From assembly GCA_009859145.1 (NCBI GenBank), contig VRVR01000021.1:329480-338465 (forward strand): 8,986 bases of DNA, in the 5' to 3' direction. Shown piece by piece: positions 5,897-8,986 of the stretch. The position numbers were made by a program, and so were the translations under genes. Origin of the DNA: Andalucia godoyi And28. Lineage: Eukaryota; Protista; Jakobida. Each line of letters opens with the position of its first letter. Positions within the stretch are counted from its first letter, which is position 1. The notes under the pieces are model-generated. The model saw only the letters and a program-made list of their open reading frames with translations. It ran no database searches and was not told the DNA's origin.

Positions 5897-8563
5897 TTAC
5901 TGCACTTGAGAAAGCAAGTCTGCGATGTCGTGCTTTGCAAGAGATCGCGCATAGTCGAGCGGACTGTGGCCGAAAACATCCACTTGAAGCGGAGACACGC
6001 CTGCTTGCAACAACACCTGAACAGCATCCGTATTTCCAGCAGCAACCGCAAGATGCAGAGGGGATCTTCGTTGAAAATCAAGGATGCTGGACGACACGAT
6101 ACCAGTTGAGAAGAACGACGACAGCACCGTTGCGTCCCCGTCCACAGCGTGTCGACAGACAGTCCACAGCCTTGCATAGGTCTTCACAACAGCTGCGCCA
6201 GAATATTCCCTCAGCGGGACATTCGCGGAATGCAGCTTCCACGTCGGGCGCAAAGAGTTCATTTCCCGGAGGAAAAAATGAGCAACCTCGCAATTCCGGT
6301 TTTCCAACGCAATCTGGAGCGGCAGCATTCCAAGGCAGTCGGCAAGAAAGGGATCCGCATTTCGTTGCACTAGAAAATGTGCTGCATGAACGGAATTATG
6401 TGCGGCTGCCACGTGAAGAAGAGTTCTCTCTCCGTTGAAACAGCGGCAACAAAACAGTTCAGAGCTAGAAATTGTGACCGATAGTTCACGCAATCGATCG
6501 ACATCGTCAGCGGCAACTGCATTTGTAACGGATACTACTTCTAGCCCAACGGAAGGGCAAAAGGGCGACACACTGCACGTATCGCTACTTCCATACCGCA
6601 TCGGTGCAGATATCCTTTTCAAGTCCTGCTGAGCTCCTGCTGAGCGGTGGAGCGTTTCAAGAAACTCGACGACACGCTGATGACCATGCGACTCCGCAAA
6701 GGACAGAGCGTCTTGGGAAAACGAGTCCGTCACGCTGATTCGCGCACCGCAATCCTCCACGAGATACCGAACAACTTCTAAATGACCTGCTGTTACCGCA
6801 ACACCAAGGCACGTTCGACCAGCATAGTCGGCTGCGTCCACAAGGCACCCAGCGTCCACAAACAGTTGGAGAGTATTCAGATCCCCTTCAGCTGTTGCAC
6901 AACACATGAGGAACGCGAGGTCCACATCCCGATATTCCGATCGCAGAGACCATTGTCTCGCTGAAAAGCGTGCTGCGATACCTGGCTTTTGGAGAAGCAC
7001 AGCATAGAGCAGCGGCGTGAAGCCTGCAGCGTCGTATGACACGCCGTTCACCATGCTCGAGGCACGCATGAGAAGATCTACCGACTCACTGGATGTTCCC
7101 AGTGCAGCAGCATGGAGAGCGGACTGAAAAAACGCTCCCGCTTTGCAGACATTCAACTGCAGGTCAATAAGATATGCTAGCGATGCTGGCTCGTTGAACA
7201 TCAGAAAATGAGCAGCAAGCGTCGGCACAAGGTGGTCCTCTACCTTCTTCACAGTCGCTAGCGTCAATCGCTTCCCCAAACTGACAACGGAATCAAATTC
7301 GAGAGGAAGCAGGCGGAACACCGACTGCGAGCGGTGATAGCGGTCCAACACTTCTTCGGGGATACTGGCGGCAGCAAGCTCCACAGTAGCAACATCCTGG
7401 AGCGATTGACAGCTCAGCGCAACAACCCAGCAAATGGCAGTAAACGGAAATGTTAACGTCGGGAGTCCGAAGGGCAGAAGAAACGAGCCAACAGCCCCAT
7501 GAACAATGGTGGTCGCAAGAACTGCAAACACCCACAGGCCAAAAAATTTGCGGCCACGAGCAACAAGAAACAACCCTCCGAGTGCGATGCCAGATAAACA
7601 CGGATTATATCCCCACAACCCCATGTAAATGGATTTTGCGGGAATCCCGAGTGCCATTGCAAACAGTACGCCAAAGACGGATCCGATCAAACATGAAAAT
7701 GCCATAATCCGCGAAGCCACTGCCAAACCGAGCAGACAAATCGCTCCGGAAATTGGATTCTCCAAAAAGAAAACTTGTGAGATGGAGGTAAGGAATGAGC
7801 GGAAGATTTCAGAAACCGAGTAGGAAACGGGCGAAATGTCACTGGGAAATGCAAGGGGATTGGACTTCAGAGAAGGGCTGAGCACGCCGCCGTTCACAAA
7901 AAAGTACAGGGATGACTGCGATGCGAGCAACCAAGACCATGTGGCGAGATGAAACGGAAACGTAAAAGTTGGAATGCCGAGCTGCTTTCCGCAAACGGAG
8001 CCGATGAATACAGAGAACAGGACAGAGAGCGAGCTCATGAGGACCATGAAAATGAGCATATATGGCATAGGAAACGGAGACGAGGGGCCTCCAAACGTGA
8101 AGTACCCCATGGCCATCGCAGTCAGGCATCCTGCGTACCCCATCAGCCCACCTTGCACTGCCACACGATCGACGCCGAAAAGGATGGAAAATCCCGTCGC
8201 GGAAACCGTTCCGATGAGGCAGCAGACACCAAGATACCAATTGTCCACGAAGATTGCGATGAGAAACATGACTGCTGTCAATGGGTTATTTGCGAAAAAC
8301 ACCTGGCTGATCCCTCTCAAAGTCGCATCCACAAAACTGCAGAAGTCGCGGTGCACCAGCATTTCTTGAAGGGCTTTTGCTTCTCCGAGAAGATCCTTCC
8401 ATCGAGCCCCAGACGGAGATGCACTGGATTGGGGGCTCTGCCGTCGACCGTCCTTCATGGCAAGATGCAGCGGTCGGTCATTCTGCAGCGGCATAACCGC
8501 GGTCGACGCCACACTCGTCTGCGATATACTTCGATCCGACCATCCGTGTTTTCTATTCAGCAT
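5897..8563 (-). CDS. Urea transporter (UT/SLC14 family channel) fused to a C-terminal ankyrin-repeat region; 888 aa from the first ATG
   Basis: Both UT half-repeats are present: LRGISQVFFANNP / GLMGY / LGIPTFTFPF and SISQVFFLENP / GLWGYN / GLPTLTFPF. A C-terminal PEE motif follows, as in animal UTs (UT domain about nt 7400-8400). Multiple ankyrin repeats follow (SALHAAA, GFTPLLYAV, GRTCLGVAVTAGH, RTLLHVAA, RSPLHLAVAAGN, GHSPLDYA). The track start at 8605 is GTG; first ATG 8563, alternatives 8494 and 8458. Confidence 0.92.
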   Translation of the reverse strand: MLNRKHGWSDRSISQTSVASTAVMPLQNDRPLHLAMKDGRRQSPQSSASPSGARWKDLLGEAKALQEMLVHRDFCSFVDATLRGISQVFFANNPLTAVMFLIAIFVDNWYLGVCCLIGTVSATGFSILFGVDRVAVQGGLMGYAGCLTAMAMGYFTFGGPSSPFPMPYMLIFMVLMSSLSVLFSVFIGSVCGKQLGIPTFTFPFHLATWSWLLASQSSLYFFVNGGVLSPSLKSNPLAFPSDISPVSYSVSEIFRSFLTSISQVFFLENPISGAICLLGLAVASRIMAFSCLIGSVFGVLFAMALGIPAKSIYMGLWGYNPCLSGIALGGLFLVARGRKFFGLWVFAVLATTIVHGAVGSFLLPFGLPTLTFPFTAICWVVALSCQSLQDVATVELAAASIPEEVLDRYHRSQSVFRLLPLEFDSVVSLGKRLTLATVKKVEDHLVPTLAAHFLMFNEPASLAYLIDLQLNVCKAGAFFQSALHAAALGTSSESVDLLMRASSMVNGVSYDAAGFTPLLYAVLLQKPGIAARFSARQWSLRSEYRDVDLAFLMCCATAEGDLNTLQLFVDAGCLVDAADYAGRTCLGVAVTAGHLEVVRYLVEDCGARISVTDSFSQDALSFAESHGHQRVVEFLETLHRSAGAQQDLKRISAPMRYGSSDTCSVSPFCPSVGLEVVSVTNAVAADDVDRLRELSVTISSSELFCCRCFNGERTLLHVAAAHNSVHAAHFLVQRNADPFLADCLGMLPLQIALENRNCEVAHFFLREMNSLRPTWKLHSANVPLREYSGAAVVKTYARLWTVCRHAVDGDATVLSSFFSTGIVSSSILDFQRRSPLHLAVAAGNTDAVQVLLQAGVSPLQVDVFGHSPLDYARSLAKHDIADLLSQVQ

Positions 8564-8614
8564 TTTTGTTCCATTAAAGAAGTATTTAAAAAAGGGAGGC
8601 AACACTCGTTGTGG

Positions 8615-8690
8615 GAAGAAAAAAGAAAGATGGGAGAATTAAAAAAAAAAACAACAACAACAAAACAATCCCCAAATAAAAATAAGAAAC
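8615..8690. repeat. Low-complexity A-rich tract with an A11 run and (CAA)n; T-rich on - strand upstream of the urea channel
   Basis: Read directly. Confidence 0.8.
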
Positions 8691-8949
8691 AGCAAACGGA
8701 CAGAACCAGCACAAACGGATTAATAAAACAAGTACATAAACACTCGGCGACGAACTAACTCTATCAGGCGGTAGAGATTGCAACACTGTTGATCGAGAAA
8801 TGCTTATTGGTTGTGCAATTCTACAGATTGCAGCCGAGCGTGGTTTGACAGTTCGGAACTCCAAAGCGTGGCGGACGACCATGGCGACAAAGGAGGGGGG
8901 GAGTGAGGGAGAGATTACGATCGGCTTCGTCCAAGAGTTTTTGCCCGAT

Positions 8950-8954
<5 letters not shown>

Positions 8955-8986
<32 letters not shown>
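8955..8986. repeat. (AT)16 microsatellite running off the window end
   Basis: Read directly. Confidence 0.98.

Noticed and set aside
392-8563. Possible functional cluster linking a urea channel and a carbonic anhydrase (urea to CO2/NH3)
   Set aside because: The CA is a complex I-type subunit lacking a Zn ligand, there is no urease in the window, and an unrelated trafficking gene lies between them.
7949-8758. 269-aa Arg/Lys-rich antisense ORF over the urea channel N-terminus
   Set aside because: Its composition mirrors the hydrophobic, T-rich codons of the opposite strand and the A-rich spacer; no domain recognised.
8881-8955. 24-codon + strand ORF MATKEGGSEGEITIGFVQEFLPDL*
   Set aside because: Too short, crosses a G run and ends in the AT repeat; no support.

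Overview
Gene-dense eukaryotic DNA with four apparently intron-free genes separated by 0.2-0.4 kb spacers, bounded by microsatellites at both ends (possibly a whole short contig). The style fits a compact-genome protist, but the taxon cannot be fixed from this sequence. Genes: (1) mitochondrial gamma-carbonic-anhydrase-family protein of the complex I CA/CAL type (392-1189, -); (2) a ~116-aa hypothetical protein divergent from it (1609-1959, +); (3) TRAPPII subunit TRAPPC10/Trs130 (2164-5514, -); (4) a UT/SLC14-type urea channel fused to a ~440-aa ankyrin tail (5897-8563, -). The most interesting item is the urea channel-ankyrin fusion. Its tail looks like two tandem copies of a six-repeat module, the first closely resembling the ankyrin region of ASPG-type asparaginases. 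Also notable: the gamma-CA lacks one of three Zn-ligand histidines and has a Ser-rich insert, and small upstream ORFs and paired motifs occur in the promoter regions. All family assignments come from motifs recalled from memory, not database searches. Several ORF-track starts are GTG/TTG and were moved to the first in-frame ATG.
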